63,597 nt of DNA, filler included, from Pelomyxa schiedti (GCA_020536535.1; 14 parts of 14 records of this genome joined end to end with filler, not necessarily neighbours in it); one strand, 5' to 3'. Numbered from the whole stretch's first letter, positions 11,194 through 23,866 are shown. A program made the numbers and translations. Notes: generated by a model not told the origin, from the sequence alone.

Positions 11194-13082
11194 TTAAGGA
11201 GTTCTTTGTTCTCTAGTCGTTGTCGAATCCCATAAGGGAAGAGCAACCGTCGCGGGCTTTGATAATTTGTTCTTCCGCTCTGTGGTGAGCTTGTAGCGGT
11301 CCAATTAACTGCATTGAGTAAACTGGGGTGTTCTTTAGAGAGTTCTAAATGCATACTTCTTCAAAAGGAACTTTTTGCATGGCACTGTGTGCCTTTTGCT
11401 CATTCGCTTTGTTCTTTTTAAATATGTTATTTTTCTTATTGCTTGGTAGTGCGTCCATACCACAGTGCCCATGAGAACAATGTTTTCGCCGCGGACAAGG
11501 TATAATCCAACCTTTTTTTCCCCATATTTTCCACCAACATAAATTCGTTCATAGGCACTCTCGAGAACGATATTTCCTGTTTTTGCATTGGTATTGTTGG
11601 TGTGCGGTGGGGGGAAAATACCGTACTGGTCAAAAGACCTTAGTATCCCAAAGACATTCTTTGTGTTGTCTTTGGCATCTCTTATCATCACCATCACTTT
11701 TTCTGCAGGTATTTAGTGGTTGACTCACATGATGCACATACGATCAAGGTCCTCAACGAGGCTGGCACTGGCACTCCAAGATGTGTCTAGGAAGGCTCCC
11801 TGTTGTTCATAATACTGTTGATTCATCATATTGCGGTAGTACTCGGCCATCATTTGTTGCTCATACATTTGTTGCTGTTGGCGCTGGTGATGCTGGTGGG
11901 ATCGGTTCTGCTGTCGCTGGAGTGGTGTTTCTGGCGTGCTTTGCTGCGCGGGTGAAGAGGTTTGCTGCTGTGGAGATTTAGAAATAGGACTTTGAGGGCT
12001 TGCTTGAGGTATTTGATTCTGTTGTGGTGAAAGTGGTGGTCGAGTTTGTATTTGTGTGGGTGTTAGTTGTTGGGGCAAAAGAGATTGTGGTGGTTGTGAT
12101 GTCTGTGTTTCAGAACTTTGTGAAAGTTGTGGTTCTGTTCTTTGCGGTACTTCAGCGGCTGGAGATACATTTTCTGGTGGCTTATTTACTTTCGTTTGAT
12201 GTTGTACATGTATTGTTATTTGTTTATGTTGTTTGGTTGTTTGGTTCACCACCTGCGTTGTGATCTGAGTAGACGGACTTTGGTTTGAGGGGGATGAAGG
12301 TGGTGTGGTAGAAGCTGAAGATACTTGTTGCGGACTAGTTTTGTTTTGTTGGTACTGCTTTAGGATATGCATTACCTGAGGCTGGGGGGTAGAGGGTGTG
12401 CTTGAAGTCCCTTGTTGCGTTGGTTGAGCAGTGGTTGGTGTTTGAGTCTGTTTGATAACTATTTGGGGTTGGTTTTGAAGTTGGCGGGTGGATTGGTTAT
12501 GTTGCACATAATGTTGTGGGGGTGCCCCATACTGACTATTAGAGGATATTACCCGGACCGAGCCAGTGGCCTGGGTTGGGTGATATAATAGAATTGGCCG
12601 AGTGGAGTTGGCGGGAGTCTGCTGAGGTGTTTGGGATGCAGAACCTTTGATGTGGGAAACAGGAACTGAAGAGCAAGAGTCAGGTAATCGATCCTGAAAA
12701 GGGAAACCTTACCGGTTGTGAGAGAACCCGTAGTCGAAATTACGTTCATAGGAACTGGAGCAGGACTCACAGCAGCCGAATAAAGGCGAGGAGGAGAAAC
12801 GGCAGTAGGAGGCATCTGCGGCGACGGCGAGTGGAAGTGGTACTGCCTGATAACCTGTTGCTGCGCCGGTGGCACCAGAGGCAAAGGCGCAGGCGAGTGA
12901 GAGTGAGCACCGCCGCCAACACCAAGCAGTATCGGGGCCGGGGAGTGCGGCCCCGTGGTTGTATTAGCGGCTGTCGTAGCAGCCATTGCCATTACCATAG
13001 GCATCGATGCCGTTTGCGGCTGTTGTTGCTTCTGAACCACCACATTGAGGCCGTGCTGGTGCCTCGTCGTCGTAGTCGTGGT
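11194..13082 (-). CDS. LSM1: LSm1 with a very long Q/P/S/T-rich N-terminal extension (start lies in gap; intact start seen in the duplicate at 16959)
   Basis: ASLVEDLD-KVMVMIRD...FGILRSFDQYGNIVLESAYERIYVGGKYG...GLYLVRGENIVLMG is the LSm1 signature; open frame from 12666 into the Sm domain. Confidence 0.85.
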
Positions 13083-13309
13083 NNNNNNNNNNNNNNNNNN
13101 NNNNNNNNNNNNNNNNNNNNNNNNNNNNNNNNNNNNNNNNNNNNNNNNNNNNNNNNNNNNNNNNNNNNNNNNNNNNNNNNNNATAAAGGAACACACAAAC
13201 AATAAAACAAAGCGGACGTGGCGTGGGGATGGGGGACGACGAGCGCGGCCGATGGGGTGCGACAACGACCGGCGGGGGAACGTACGCAGATCCCGTGGTG
13301 GACGATAAA

Positions 13310-14921
13310 ATGGGCGGCAACAGTGCGTTGGCCAACCGCGAGGCCCCGCAAGGGGAAGAGGAGCGGGCTCTGGCTGCGGCCGTGGCCCGGCAGAACGCGC
13401 TCGCGTCCGGCGGCGGAGCGATGACGGTCGCCGTCGGACCCACAGAAGCTTCGCCAAACGACGGCGACAACAAGCCGCAGGATACAGCGGCCCCACGAGA
13501 CGGCGGAGAGAAGCAGGCCAGGCTAGCGCCCGGAGACTACGAGCCAGGGGTGGGGGCCAGCAAAGTGGCGTACGCCGCCGTCCCCCAGGGTTCCACCGTC
13601 GGCGCTGCCGCCAGCGCGGGCAACAAGACGGGGAGCTGGACAGGGTTGTTGGTTGCTGTGGTGTATGGTATGTGCGCCTACACGCTTTGTTTTAACCAGC
13701 TGGTAACTTTTTTTTTTTCTTCTTTGTGCAGGTACTATCTCCATTGCTATTACATTTTTCAATAAAGCCGTCTTATCACATTACGATTTCAAGTGGAGCA
13801 ACACTCTGACGCTGGGTCAAATGTCCTTGGCCATTGCTTTTCTGTTCACGATGAGGGCATTTAAACTTATTAATTTCCCGAACCCAACTGTGCCTACAGC
13901 TAAAACAGTATGTCATTATCCCACTACATTTTGACCGAATGGCCAAACAGGTGATGTAACAAATAACAAACTTTTTCCAGATGTCCCCCTTGGCTTTATT
14001 CTTTGGTGGGATGGTCGTTACTGGATTGGCAGCACTTAGATTTGTGAATATCCCAATCTACAAGTACAACAAAAATATCCTTGAATTTTCTAATTTCTTA
14101 ACACATAGCACTTTGCGGAGACTCACAACTCTTATGGTAATTGTTGGAGAATTTGTGTATGTGCACTTTCTGCAGGCAAAACAAACTAATTTCCCGCAAG
14201 CATCCTGCACAAAGTTGTCCCCATTGACGAGATTGCCAGTGTTATCATTATGGTTGGAGGTGCCTTTGTAGCTGGCTATGGAGATCTCACTTTCACTTTT
14301 TTTGGCTATTCTCTTACCTTCCTGAACTGCCTTGTAACTGCTGGGTATTCCAAGACATCTTTGCTACATTTATTAAGCCAACTTTCCGACAGTTATCTGC
14401 TGTGCATAGCTCGTATTAAAGAAAAAACGAAGAAGAATGAGTTCGAAATGATGCTGTATAACAATATTCTCTCTCTTCCACTTATCTTGGTGCTGGTCCT
14501 TATGTTTGAACTGAAAGAAGTACTGAATTATCCATACCTGTTTGACCTCGGCTTTATTGTATTTCCTGAGCAACCAAGCTTTCATAGTTAACCAATCACT
14601 AGTTCTGTTTCACAATGTCCGCTGTACAGGCATTCTTCTTGAATTACTTCATATTCCTGTGCTCCACAATGAACTCTCCTCTTACAACAAGTGTAACAGG
14701 TTTACTTCCATCCTCTTGTAGATTTTTCCTCAACCGCTCCAGGACAAATCAAAGCCATAGCCGGCTCCTTCCTAGGACTTGTGATTCTCGACGCGGATGT
14801 TGTTGTCACATTCCTTTTAGTAGCCGGCCTCATTGTAAGCAGTGGAGGTTCCATATACTATGGCTGGATTAAATACCAACAACAGCAAGCAAGGCAACGA
14901 CAACCAAAATCACTAGTCTGA
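13310..14921 (+). CDS. Nucleotide-sugar transporter (SLC35D / TPT-like DMT family)
   Basis: ITFFNKAVLSHYDF, ALRFVNIPIY-STLRRLTT, MMLYNNILSLP, FLCSTMNSPLTTSVTGQIK; ~10 hydrophobic segments; start could instead be the ATG at 13229. Confidence 0.88.
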
Positions 14922-15017
14922 AAACCCCAGGCTTCAAAAAAGAACTGTTTACTATTAACACACTATTTCTTTTCAATTCCTACACAAAAAACAAACTTGT
15001 GTTTGCACACAAGTAAC

Positions 15018-16533
15018 TCACTCCCTTGCAGTGACACTAGCAGAGTCACCACCTTGTCTGGAAGAATCATTGTTGTGGGGTACAAGCGGGACTCTGAGAG
15101 TGTCCAATGATGATTGTGATTGCGATGGGGATAGGGGTGTGGATTGACCACTGGATTCCTCGTCCTCATCTGTGAGTGCTACTTGAAACTTGAACATGGC
15201 ATTGAGGCTGTCTGTTTTGGAATTCTTCCGGGTGATTTCAAATAGGCCTTCCCGGATTCTGGGTCTATGAGTGCAAGATTAGACCAGCAGAATAGAGGAA
15301 TTTATTCAAGAGGAAACTAGAATATAATCTTGTTGGAAGAAACGGAGAGAACTACATGTGGATCACTGTGTACACGGTAATAAGAAGCAGAGGCGTGACC
15401 ATTACAACATAACCATACGCAATCTTGGAGCTCAAAAACCAACTCAACTGTACAATCATACAGGCACAGACTATAAGCGGGAATGCAATTAAGCTCCGCA
15501 ACATCCGCAATTGCATTTGTAACAGTTGCTCTGCTTCCTTGGATTGGTACATCTTCCGCACTCTCTCTGATTTTATTGTAAATAGCTTGATAATGACCCC
15601 GACAAGAAGAGGTAGCCCAAATACTAAAGCAATAGCAGAAGCCAAACCGTCATAGGGTACAAACTGATTGCACCTATTGGAGTTACTCCTAATACAACAT
15701 CTCGGAAGTAGTGAATACCAAAAAGCGGGGCCTGCAACGAAGTACTTATAAACAGCAATTCCTCCGGCAATCGGGATAGGAATAATAGTACCCCAAAAGA
15801 AAACGTATTTTTCTGAGTATATCTTATTCGTATCAAGCTGCCAACTGAATACAAGTCCTAAAAACAGTACCCCAGAGAGTGAAATAAACCAGCACCTGAG
15901 TGCGCTCAAAATGAATTAAAGAGAGACAGAAGGAAACCTGACACTTATCAATGACCACAGCAGGGAACATTCTGTGCATTGTTGGTGATACAATTTCTTC
16001 TTTTTGTTGAAAGCTATTGCACACCAAAAGTCCAACATAGCGCATTGCTCATAGAAGAATTATTGAGGTACTCCCATTCTGTGGCCCCAAGCCATCCAAC
16101 CAGAAATAGCACAGATACAAGGCTGGATACAGTCATATACAGAGGTCCTCTATCAACAAATTTTTTATGTCTGACTGCAGCAACAACAAAAATCAACAGC
16201 ACAACTTTGAGCCAGTAAGCAAATCAAATAAAAGCAAAGAACCCTCCCTCCAATAGGTACTATAAGAAGGCACAAGAACTTCTCAATAAAACAAAAACCA
16301 AGCAGGGGAGTTGTGACAAAAAAATGAGACGCACTTGTTATTAGATTCACAGAACCCACCGCGATGTACGCAATGACGCGTGTCTGATCAAATGCATTCG
16401 ACGACGATGAGAATGACGGCGAGGGGGGGAATTGCAATGACGACGAGGAAGGCGGTGGTGCTGCTGAACCACCTCCCATAATACTGTTGTGCCCATCACC
16501 CATTCCTTGGTCACTTGTCTCTTGTCTTCCCAC
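15018..16533 (-). CDS. Multi-pass membrane protein, 7TM/GPCR-like
   Basis: About seven hydrophobic helices over spliced exons, basic loop before the last two helices, Ser-rich cytosolic tail. Confidence 0.55.
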
Positions 16534-16736
16534 ACGGACTGAGGAGTGCTATGATCTGTGAATCAGCAGCCAGCGAGTATTTTGGGTGGTAGAGTTGATC
16601 GATTTGAGTTGATGGTGGTACGGCCGACCACCCGTTNNNNNNNNNNNNNNNNNNNNNNNNNNNNNNNNNNNNNNNNNNNNNNNNNNNNNNNNNNNNNNNN
16701 NNNNNNNNNNNNNNNNNNNNNNNNNNNNNNNNNNNN

Positions 16737-17265
16737 TATTAGCGGCTGTCGTAGCAGCCATTGCCATTACCATAGGCATCGATGCCGTTTGCGGCTGTTG
16801 TTGCTTCTGAACCACCACATTGAGGCCGTGCTGGTGCCTCGTCGTCGTAGTCGTGGTGGTGGTGGTTGATGCGAGTTGTTGTTGTTGCTGCGGCGGTGAT
16901 GTCGGTGTGTTGTTGTTGTTGTTGGCGTGTGTCGAAGACACGGCCCCTGGTCCCTGCATCGTCGTCCGCCTGTTTTGTTTTTTTTCTGACTCTTCTAGGA
17001 AAGTAATTTTGGTGGGAACAAGACAACTTGGCAGGGGTTACACTCACACGAGAAGTACTGAAGTGGATATTACACGGGCTCCCCATTGGAAGTTCTTTCG
17101 GGAAGCAGAAGAATAGTGTCTCTCGGCATCTGCTGGTTCCGTCGATAAAGGAACACACAAACAATAAAACAAAGCGGACGTGGCGTGGGGATGGGGGACG
17201 ACGAGCGCGGCCGATGGGGTGCGACAACGACCGGCGGGGGAACGTACGCAGATCCCGTGGTGGAC
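16737..17265. repeat. Duplicate of the LSM1/transporter divergent promoter region; fills the 13083-13182 gap
   Basis: 16737-16859 matches 12962-13082 and 17144-17265 matches 13183-13303. Confidence 0.85.
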
Positions 17266-17923
17266 NNNNNNNNNNNNNNNNNNNNNNNNNNNNNNNNNNN
17301 NNNNNNNNNTTAATTAATTAANNNNNNNNNNNNNNNNNNNNNNNNNNNNNNNNNNNNNNNNNNNNATGTTAACGGCGGCGTGGGTGCGTTGCCAGTGGTA
17401 GCCGACGGTTGTTGATGTTGTTGTTGATGGCGTTGGCTGCGATCATGTATGTACCGACCGAGAAGTAGTTGTTGTTGTGCCCTGTGTGGTTATTTGGGAA
17501 TTGTGGGTTGGGTGCATTGAAAGTAGAACGGAGGAAGAAAAACGCTCACGGAGCGCACTAACTGGCTTAAGGACGAGAACATAAGATAAGAAGACCGCAA
17601 ATTTGTGTTTGAACGCAATCAATACTCTTCCTGAACCTTTTTCGTGATCTGGCTGAATAAAATAATCAACAGACCGGAACGCTGTTCCCCCTTTAACGTT
17701 ATCATCGCTCAGGACCGGTCTGGTGTTTTTTATTCTGCCAGTTCAGTTCGGTTTTTGGGCACTGAGTGGTCGGCAAAACCGTGCCAGTTTTGCAGCCCTC
17801 GTCTGTGCAACCTAGATTCGATTTTGCAGACAAGGAATCAAGCACCAGTTAGAAAGTCAACGACGACTAGGCAACGACGACAACAAGAGCAACAAACAAC
17901 AACAAGGCCGACAACAACACAAA

Positions 17924-19225
17924 ATGATGGCAACAACAGCAAAATCACAGGTGATGGCCATCCTTTGCGCACCAATCACCGAATTAAGAAGAAGAACAAG
18001 CAGCAGCAACAACAAAATTGGTGACGACAGAGAAGGAGAACTGGAGCCTCAGGAATCACAACTTTCAGTGCGTGGCGTCAAGAGCATCTCCTCTGGCGGC
18101 CAGGTCGCTCCCATCATCCACCATCGTGGTGAGGACACTTCCAGTTCCGTGCCGCCGCCACCACTGCCACCGTCGACCATGGTGAAGTGGATACAATCGA
18201 CTGCGATGTTCAGGGCGTGGGCTGAGGACTGGGTCCTCAGGCCGTCTGAAGACGCTCTGTTCAGAATCCCAATCAAGGATCACTACCTGTTTGTGAGCGT
18301 GTCGCCGACCCTGGGGCTCGTCAGGCACTCTTGGTTCCACGTCCCAGGCGAGGTGCGCGGCTCTGTCGGGAACGACAGCAGCAGGGCGATGATACTGCGC
18401 AAGCTGCGCTTCAACAGTGCTTCTCATATGCGCGAATATGCTATAGAAGAGCTGGGTGGTGATGGGGAGGCGCCGAAGAGGGTTTGGTCGCTCGAGACCT
18501 CGTGCTGTTCATTGTTTTGCAACAGGAAGTGGATTGTGGGGATCCAAGACGAGAATTTTCACGTGTGGCAGGTTTCTGGTGTTGGAGGTGATCATGCATC
18601 ATCATCATCGTCATCGTCATCGGGGGTGGCCTACTGTAACTTTGGAGGGATTGAGGCTATGTGCGCGATTTTTTCACCATTCAGTGATGACGTTTTGATG
18701 TTGTTTGATAGTGAGGCTGGAGCTGCAGGAGGCTGTGTGACATTTTGTGACTTGCAAGCCAGTGTAAACGAAGGGAAATTTGTGGCGAAAAGAAAGGTAC
18801 TCTGTGGAGAGAGCCATCCGTATGGCTTCATCCAGCGACCTGATGGTTCTGTGTGCACATTGCATCGCGAGCCATGTATCATTGTGGATAATTCCACTGG
18901 CAAGTCCATGGCGCAGTTTCCAAAGTATGCAACTGTAGTTCCGATTGGGACCAGCCACATCTTCGTGACGAAGGAAGATGCTCCCAACTTTGAGGTGTAC
19001 CACAATGGAAGCATTACTTCAGCCCCTACACTCAGTGTACCTTGCACTTGGGCAGCTACTTCCCGGGGGGTTAAGTCACAGCTGATTGTCTCAACAACTC
19101 ACAGTTCAGAGACTGGCATCACAGAAATCAAGCTGGCAGTGCATGATTGTGCAACAGGGTTCCATGTTGGTGACTTCTCTGTGCCCTTTGATCCCTCCCA
19201 CTTTCCATTGTGGAACATCTATTAA
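17924..19225 (+). CDS. Intronless lineage-specific family protein (beta-rich, possibly propeller-like)
   Basis: 433-aa ORF; shares A(K/R)SQxxAxxCAPI, WxQxxAxFRxWAxDWVL, VSPTL, NxKWI, FSPxSDDV, PDGxVCTL, LxVPCTWA with 55939-57192. Confidence 0.8.
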   Translation: MMATTAKSQVMAILCAPITELRRRTSSSNNKIGDDREGELEPQESQLSVRGVKSISSGGQVAPIIHHRGEDTSSSVPPPPLPPSTMVKWIQSTAMFRAWAEDWVLRPSEDALFRIPIKDHYLFVSVSPTLGLVRHSWFHVPGEVRGSVGNDSSRAMILRKLRFNSASHMREYAIEELGGDGEAPKRVWSLETSCCSLFCNRKWIVGIQDENFHVWQVSGVGGDHASSSSSSSSGVAYCNFGGIEAMCAIFSPFSDDVLMLFDSEAGAAGGCVTFCDLQASVNEGKFVAKRKVLCGESHPYGFIQRPDGSVCTLHREPCIIVDNSTGKSMAQFPKYATVVPIGTSHIFVTKEDAPNFEVYHNGSITSAPTLSVPCTWAATSRGVKSQLIVSTTHSSETGITEIKLAVHDCATGFHVGDFSVPFDPSHFPLWNIY

Positions 19226-19299
19226 CAGTTTTTAGTTCAGATTAATCTGTGGAACTTCGTTGTTATTGAATTTCAAAATAACGGCTTACCTCGTAGGAG

Positions 19300-19935
19300 A
19301 TGAGCGCGAATCCGAGAGCGATCAACATCGCAATTGTGGGACCGCCGGGAGTTGGGAAGACCTCTCTTGTTAATATGTCTGTACATTTGTGGTTTTTGTT
19401 TTTTTTTCCCCCCAAAACAAACAATGTTTTTAGTACCTATTGGGGCTCCATTAAAAATTGGAGGGACTACCAGATGTCTGATAGCACATTGTCGCCTGAT
19501 GTGTGTGTCGTTTCCAAAACCGCTATCTTTGATTATTATTAATTCTTGCATGTAGTACTTGAGGTTTTATAATGTGGATGGCTGCGTGTACGCGACTGGC
19601 TTGTGGGATGCGTATGAATTCCCAAGTCATTTATCTCTATTAAATACGAATTTTTTGCATTCAAATCAAGGTGCGATGAGGAATATACTTTTTCGGCACT
19701 TATGTAGCCGTAATTTCAGAGGGCCCACCCCTTGTTGCCTTACATGAAGATACAGGTACAGAGGTGGAGATGTTGTATTGTTGTGCTTTTCTATTGTTGA
19801 CAGAGATTCTTTTGCAAAACTTGGAACATTCTATTCCACATTCAAAGAAAAAAGCCCCAATGTATGCCTTTCCTGAATAAAACTCTCACCTATTTCTAAT
19901 GCATAGAAATGGAGGTGCCTGTTCTCCTTGTTGGG
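19300..19935 (+). CDS. Divergent Rho/Rac-like small GTPase, 3'-partial
   Basis: IAIVGPPGVGKTSL, GLWDA, VLLCFSIVDRDSF, VPVLLVG. Confidence 0.75.
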
Positions 19936-20035
19936 NNNNNNNNNNNNNNNNNNNNNNNNNNNNNNNNNNNNNNNNNNNNTTAATTAATTAANNNNNNNNN
20001 NNNNNNNNNNNNNNNNNNNNNNNNNNNNNNNNNNN

Positions 20036-20872
20036 GAACCTCTTTGCCATCTCCAGGTGACCCCCACAGCACAGTCCCGTCAGCACCGCCACCCACTCCC
20101 TCTCCCTCCTCATCCTCCTTCTCTCTTGATCATCATCATCACCACCATCATCACCATCATCATCACCATCATCACCATCATCACCATCATCACCATCATC
20201 ACCATCATCACCATCATCACCATCATCATCATCATCACCATCATCGTCACCATCATCATCTCTCTTATTATTATCCACATCGTCGCTCGCCACCTCACCA
20301 CCAGTTGTTATGTTGCTTTGGATGCCTAGCTCCGCCGAGATCGACGGCGTCGGCGGTGGTGGCGCCCCCACCTCTCTCTCAGCAATCATTCTTGCCGCCA
20401 CGCAACGCAGCTCCCGGCGGCTCTTCGCGTTGTCGGCGAGTATCCACGCCACGCACTTGGGGCTCAGCGCCGCCGCGGCGTACTCGATCTGGAGGTAGTG
20501 CCCAGGCGACGACGCCGCCGACCTGGGGGGCGGCGCCGCGGCGCGGCAGGCCAGGGCGACGAGGGGGAACATGGCCTCGGCGGTGGCCAGCAGGCACGAC
20601 ACCGTGGCGAGCTGCCTGGCCCCGGGGCGCCGCAGCGGGCGCGCCCACTTGTGGCGCCGGGAGAGGGCGGGCTGCAGCACCCACGGCACGATCACGTGCT
20701 CCCACACGACTCGCGACATCCCCAAGATCCGTTGTTTCTCTGTCTCGGCGGAGGGGTTGTTGTTGTTGTTGTGATGTGTTGGTGGTGGTTGTGGTGACTT
20801 ATCGTTGGCGATGTGGGTACCACCAGCGAGGGTTGTGGTGGTAACGGCGTTTGGTTGGTTGTCGTACATCAC
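20036..20872 (-). CDS. Lineage-specific family protein (ankyrin-like C-terminus in paralog), 3'-partial
   Basis: Paralogous to 21086-22835 (TEKQRxLxxSRxVWExVxVPWV, TAEAMFPLVALA, GxCxGGHLxxAxRF). Confidence 0.75.
20128..20260. repeat. Coding (CATCATCAC)n / (GATGATGGT)n microsatellite
   Basis: Encodes DDGDDGDDG on the minus strand. Confidence 0.95.
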
Positions 20873-21085
20873 CTTGGATCTCGTTCTTGAAACAAAGATT
20901 GAAGTTTTTTGGCAAAAGAGCTGGAGATAAGGGTTGTTTTGAGTGGTGAGGTGACTCGGTTGAGAAATTGGGTGTTGAATAAAGTATTGTTGGGCTTGTG
21001 AAGGAAAAGCTAAGTCGCGACTACCACCACCAACACATCACAACAACAACCCGCGTCGCGAAGCGTGTAATGTTTGTTTTCCCTG

Positions 21086-22835
21086 ATGATGATGAACAAG
21101 CAAAGCCGAAGTGTAGTGCCGATCCCCAGAGCCCGCGACAACCCATCACCACAACCGTCAAGTCACCACCACCACTCAAATTCAGAAACAACAACAGAGA
21201 AACAACGGATGTTGGTGCTGTCCCGAATCGTGTGGGAGCAAGTGGTGGTGCCCTGGGTGTTGTGTCCCGCCGAGATCAACGACTTGCTCCCGCCGCCCGC
21301 CATGGTCTCGTGCGTGTTCGCCACGGCCGAGGCGATGTTCCCCCTGGTGGCCCTGGCCTCCCGCGCCGTGCTGCTGTTGCAGAGCAAGTGCCACTGCAGC
21401 TCGCGGCACTACCACGCCGTCGAGGCGGCGGCGGAGGCGCTGAGCCCAAGGTGCCTCGGGTGGCTCATCAGAAGCAAATCGAGCAGGAGGATGGGGGAAG
21501 GAGGCTACTGCTGCTGGTGGGAGAGCGAAGTGAAACGTGCTGGCGGAAGCGGTGTGCGGCAGCAGCTGCCGTCGGCACCATCACCAGGAGATGGAGATGG
21601 TGATGAGACGCACGCGGAGAGGGAGAGGGAGCTGGAGAGGAGGAGGAGGAAGGCCAAGGAGCAGGTGGCGGTGCTAGAGGGAATGTGCCTCGGTGGGCAC
21701 CTGAAGCTGGCACAGAGGTTCGTGGAGAATCGGTGCGAGTGCTGGCGTGAGGAGAATGGAGAGACCAGTGGCTGTTCCGCCGCACCTCCAAAGGTGTGGG
21801 TGCTGTGGCCAGGCATTGGTGGTGGAGATAAATCAATCACAGGAAGCAGTTTGGGCAAAGTGGTGTGTATTGAATCTCTTTCTCTCTCTTCTCTCTTAAG
21901 ATATGAGCAACTGTTGTTCAATTAAAGACTTCTCATAATGTGGTTTTTTGTAGGTTGGGGACACCGCCATACATGATGAGCTGAGATTTTTCAGCATTTT
22001 GGATTCGTCAAGGATGGGGGAAAATGGGAGTGGCCCTCTGTGTTACGAATTCTGGGGCGACATGGGTGTGTTCCACATCATGAAGGAAGTGAGTGTAATT
22101 GGGCATTTGGATGTGTTGAAGTGGCTTGTGCTGAACGTGAAGGAGATCAACCAATGGCACAATACAGTCCTTCAGGATTGCCTCACTGAGGCCTTCCTCA
22201 ACGGTCACCTTCACATCCTCAAGTGGCTGGTGGGCACCTTTGACTTGGACGAATTGGTCGACCAAATGGGACTGGCGTGCTCGTTCAAACCAACGAAAGG
22301 GAGAGTTTCTGATGTGAAGCTCTTCGTGGAGACCTTCCCACACTGGAACTTCAGTCGTTCCCAAGACTTGGCTGAAGCAGCAACATCGTGCCAAGGGTGT
22401 TCAGCAGAGGCGATCATTGAAGTGTGTCAGTGGCTCAAGGATCGTTTCTCGCTGAGTGCTTCTGCATTTCTTCCCTCCGTCACGAGAAACTGTGCCCTGG
22501 CAAAAAATGCCAAAGTCACGCAGTGGGCACTCTCTGATGTAACTGATAGGGGCACACTGGAAGAACTTTGGCGTCGCACGTGCGTGGAAATTGGGGATGT
22601 TGAACTTGGGAAGTGGGTTGTTGAGGAGAAGGGTGTTGCACCAACAACTGACAACTTCATGGTTGCATGTTCAGGAAACCATGACAACGTGGAATTCCTC
22701 AAGTGGCTGTTACAGAACGTGGGTGGGGATCTGTGCCAAGATGACCTTGTTGGAGCCCTGCACAGAGCTTTGGTGGCCTCTCTCAAACAAGGTGGTGGCT
22801 TGACCACCTTTGATCTTGTGGAACACAAGGAATAG
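21086..22835 (+). CDS. Lineage-specific protein with degenerate ankyrin-like repeats (one intron ~21861-21953)
   Basis: GHLDVLKWLV, AFLNGHLHILKWLV, GDVELGKWVVE, NVEFLKWLL repeats. Confidence 0.75.
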
Positions 22836-22946
22836 TTAGCACGAAAAAAAGAATTGGAATTCAAACGCTTGTCTCTCCTAACGTTGTTCCTTTTTTTGGT
22901 GTTGAATTCACGTTCGCCGAAAACAATCAAAAAACTCATTGTAGGG

Positions 22947-23175
22947 ATGTCGTCATCAGTGTCAAACGTTGTAAATTGCGTGTTGCAGGGTTCCCAGGGC
23001 ATGTATTCAGGCAGGGTCGTCAACAACCTGCTTGACGGCAAGGGCACCCTCACAAAGCCAGACGGTGAAAAGCACGACGGAGAGTGGAGGGCCGGGGACA
23101 GGCACGGCCGAGGGGCCCACTCGTGGTCCTCCGGCAACACCTACGACGGCGAGTGGCACAACGGCCACATGGACG
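22947..23175 (+). CDS. MORN-repeat protein, 3'-partial
   Basis: HDGEWRAGDRHGRGAHSWSSGNTYDGEWHNG. Confidence 0.8.
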
Positions 23176-23384
23176 NNNNNNNNNNNNNNNNNNNNNNNNN
23201 NNNNNNNNNNNNNNNNNNNTTAATTAATTAANNNNNNNNNNNNNNNNNNNNNNNNNNNNNNNNNNNNNNNNNNNNTTACACAATATCAACCACAGAGTTG
23301 CAATTTGACTGTAATTTTGTGCTTTTTGGGTGTAATTTCCTGGGTTCTGTAAACCTGATTCATTGGCAAAAGCCTGACTAGGTT

Positions 23385-23866
23385 GGCAGGAGCTTAGATG
23401 GAAGAATCGACCTGCTCCTAGAGGACAGCCCTCCTCCTCACATACTTGACATCTCAATTGTGTGCCCCAACATCTCCCCAGCCAACAAAATCCCCAAACC
23501 CCTAGACAATGCCGCTAAGCAGGAACAGCGGAAGAGATCCAAGTGGTTGCCACGATGTAAAGATAAGTACTTGTTCACTCCCATTTGTTGGGAGTCGACA
23601 GGAGCACCCACAGAGTTAACCTGCTCCCTTGTCAATGACTTAACCTCAGTGCTGGATGATACAGTTTTAGTTTGTACCCCCCAACTGGGCCTGTAGAACC
23701 CAAAAGGCCTTCTGGTGGGACAAGCTCTACACCAGCATTGTCAACAACACTGCTGCACACCTCTGCAGAGTCACCACCAACACTGCACCCTAGGGGATGA
23801 TGGATTCAGGCATCATCCTTTAGATTATTGTAACTCACCAGTGAACCAATTAAAAAAAAAAAAAAA
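23385..23866 (+). mobile_element. 5'-truncated, frameshifted non-LTR retrotransposon (RLE endonuclease end, CRE/R2-like group) with poly(A) tail
   Basis: GRIDLLL...ILDISIVCP...AAKQEQRKRSKW...FTPICWESTGA, then in another frame PPNWACRTQKAFWWDKLYTSIVNNTA*; A-tract at 23852-23866. Confidence 0.75.

Noticed and set aside
1-17265. Tandem gene duplications as real gene clusters
   Set aside because: Each duplicate abuts a 100-N gap and is near-identical; more likely allelic haplotigs scaffolded in tandem, unresolved without reads
20044-20844. Poly-His metal-binding protein on the + strand
   Set aside because: Antisense reading of the DDG microsatellite; the minus frame has the paralog support
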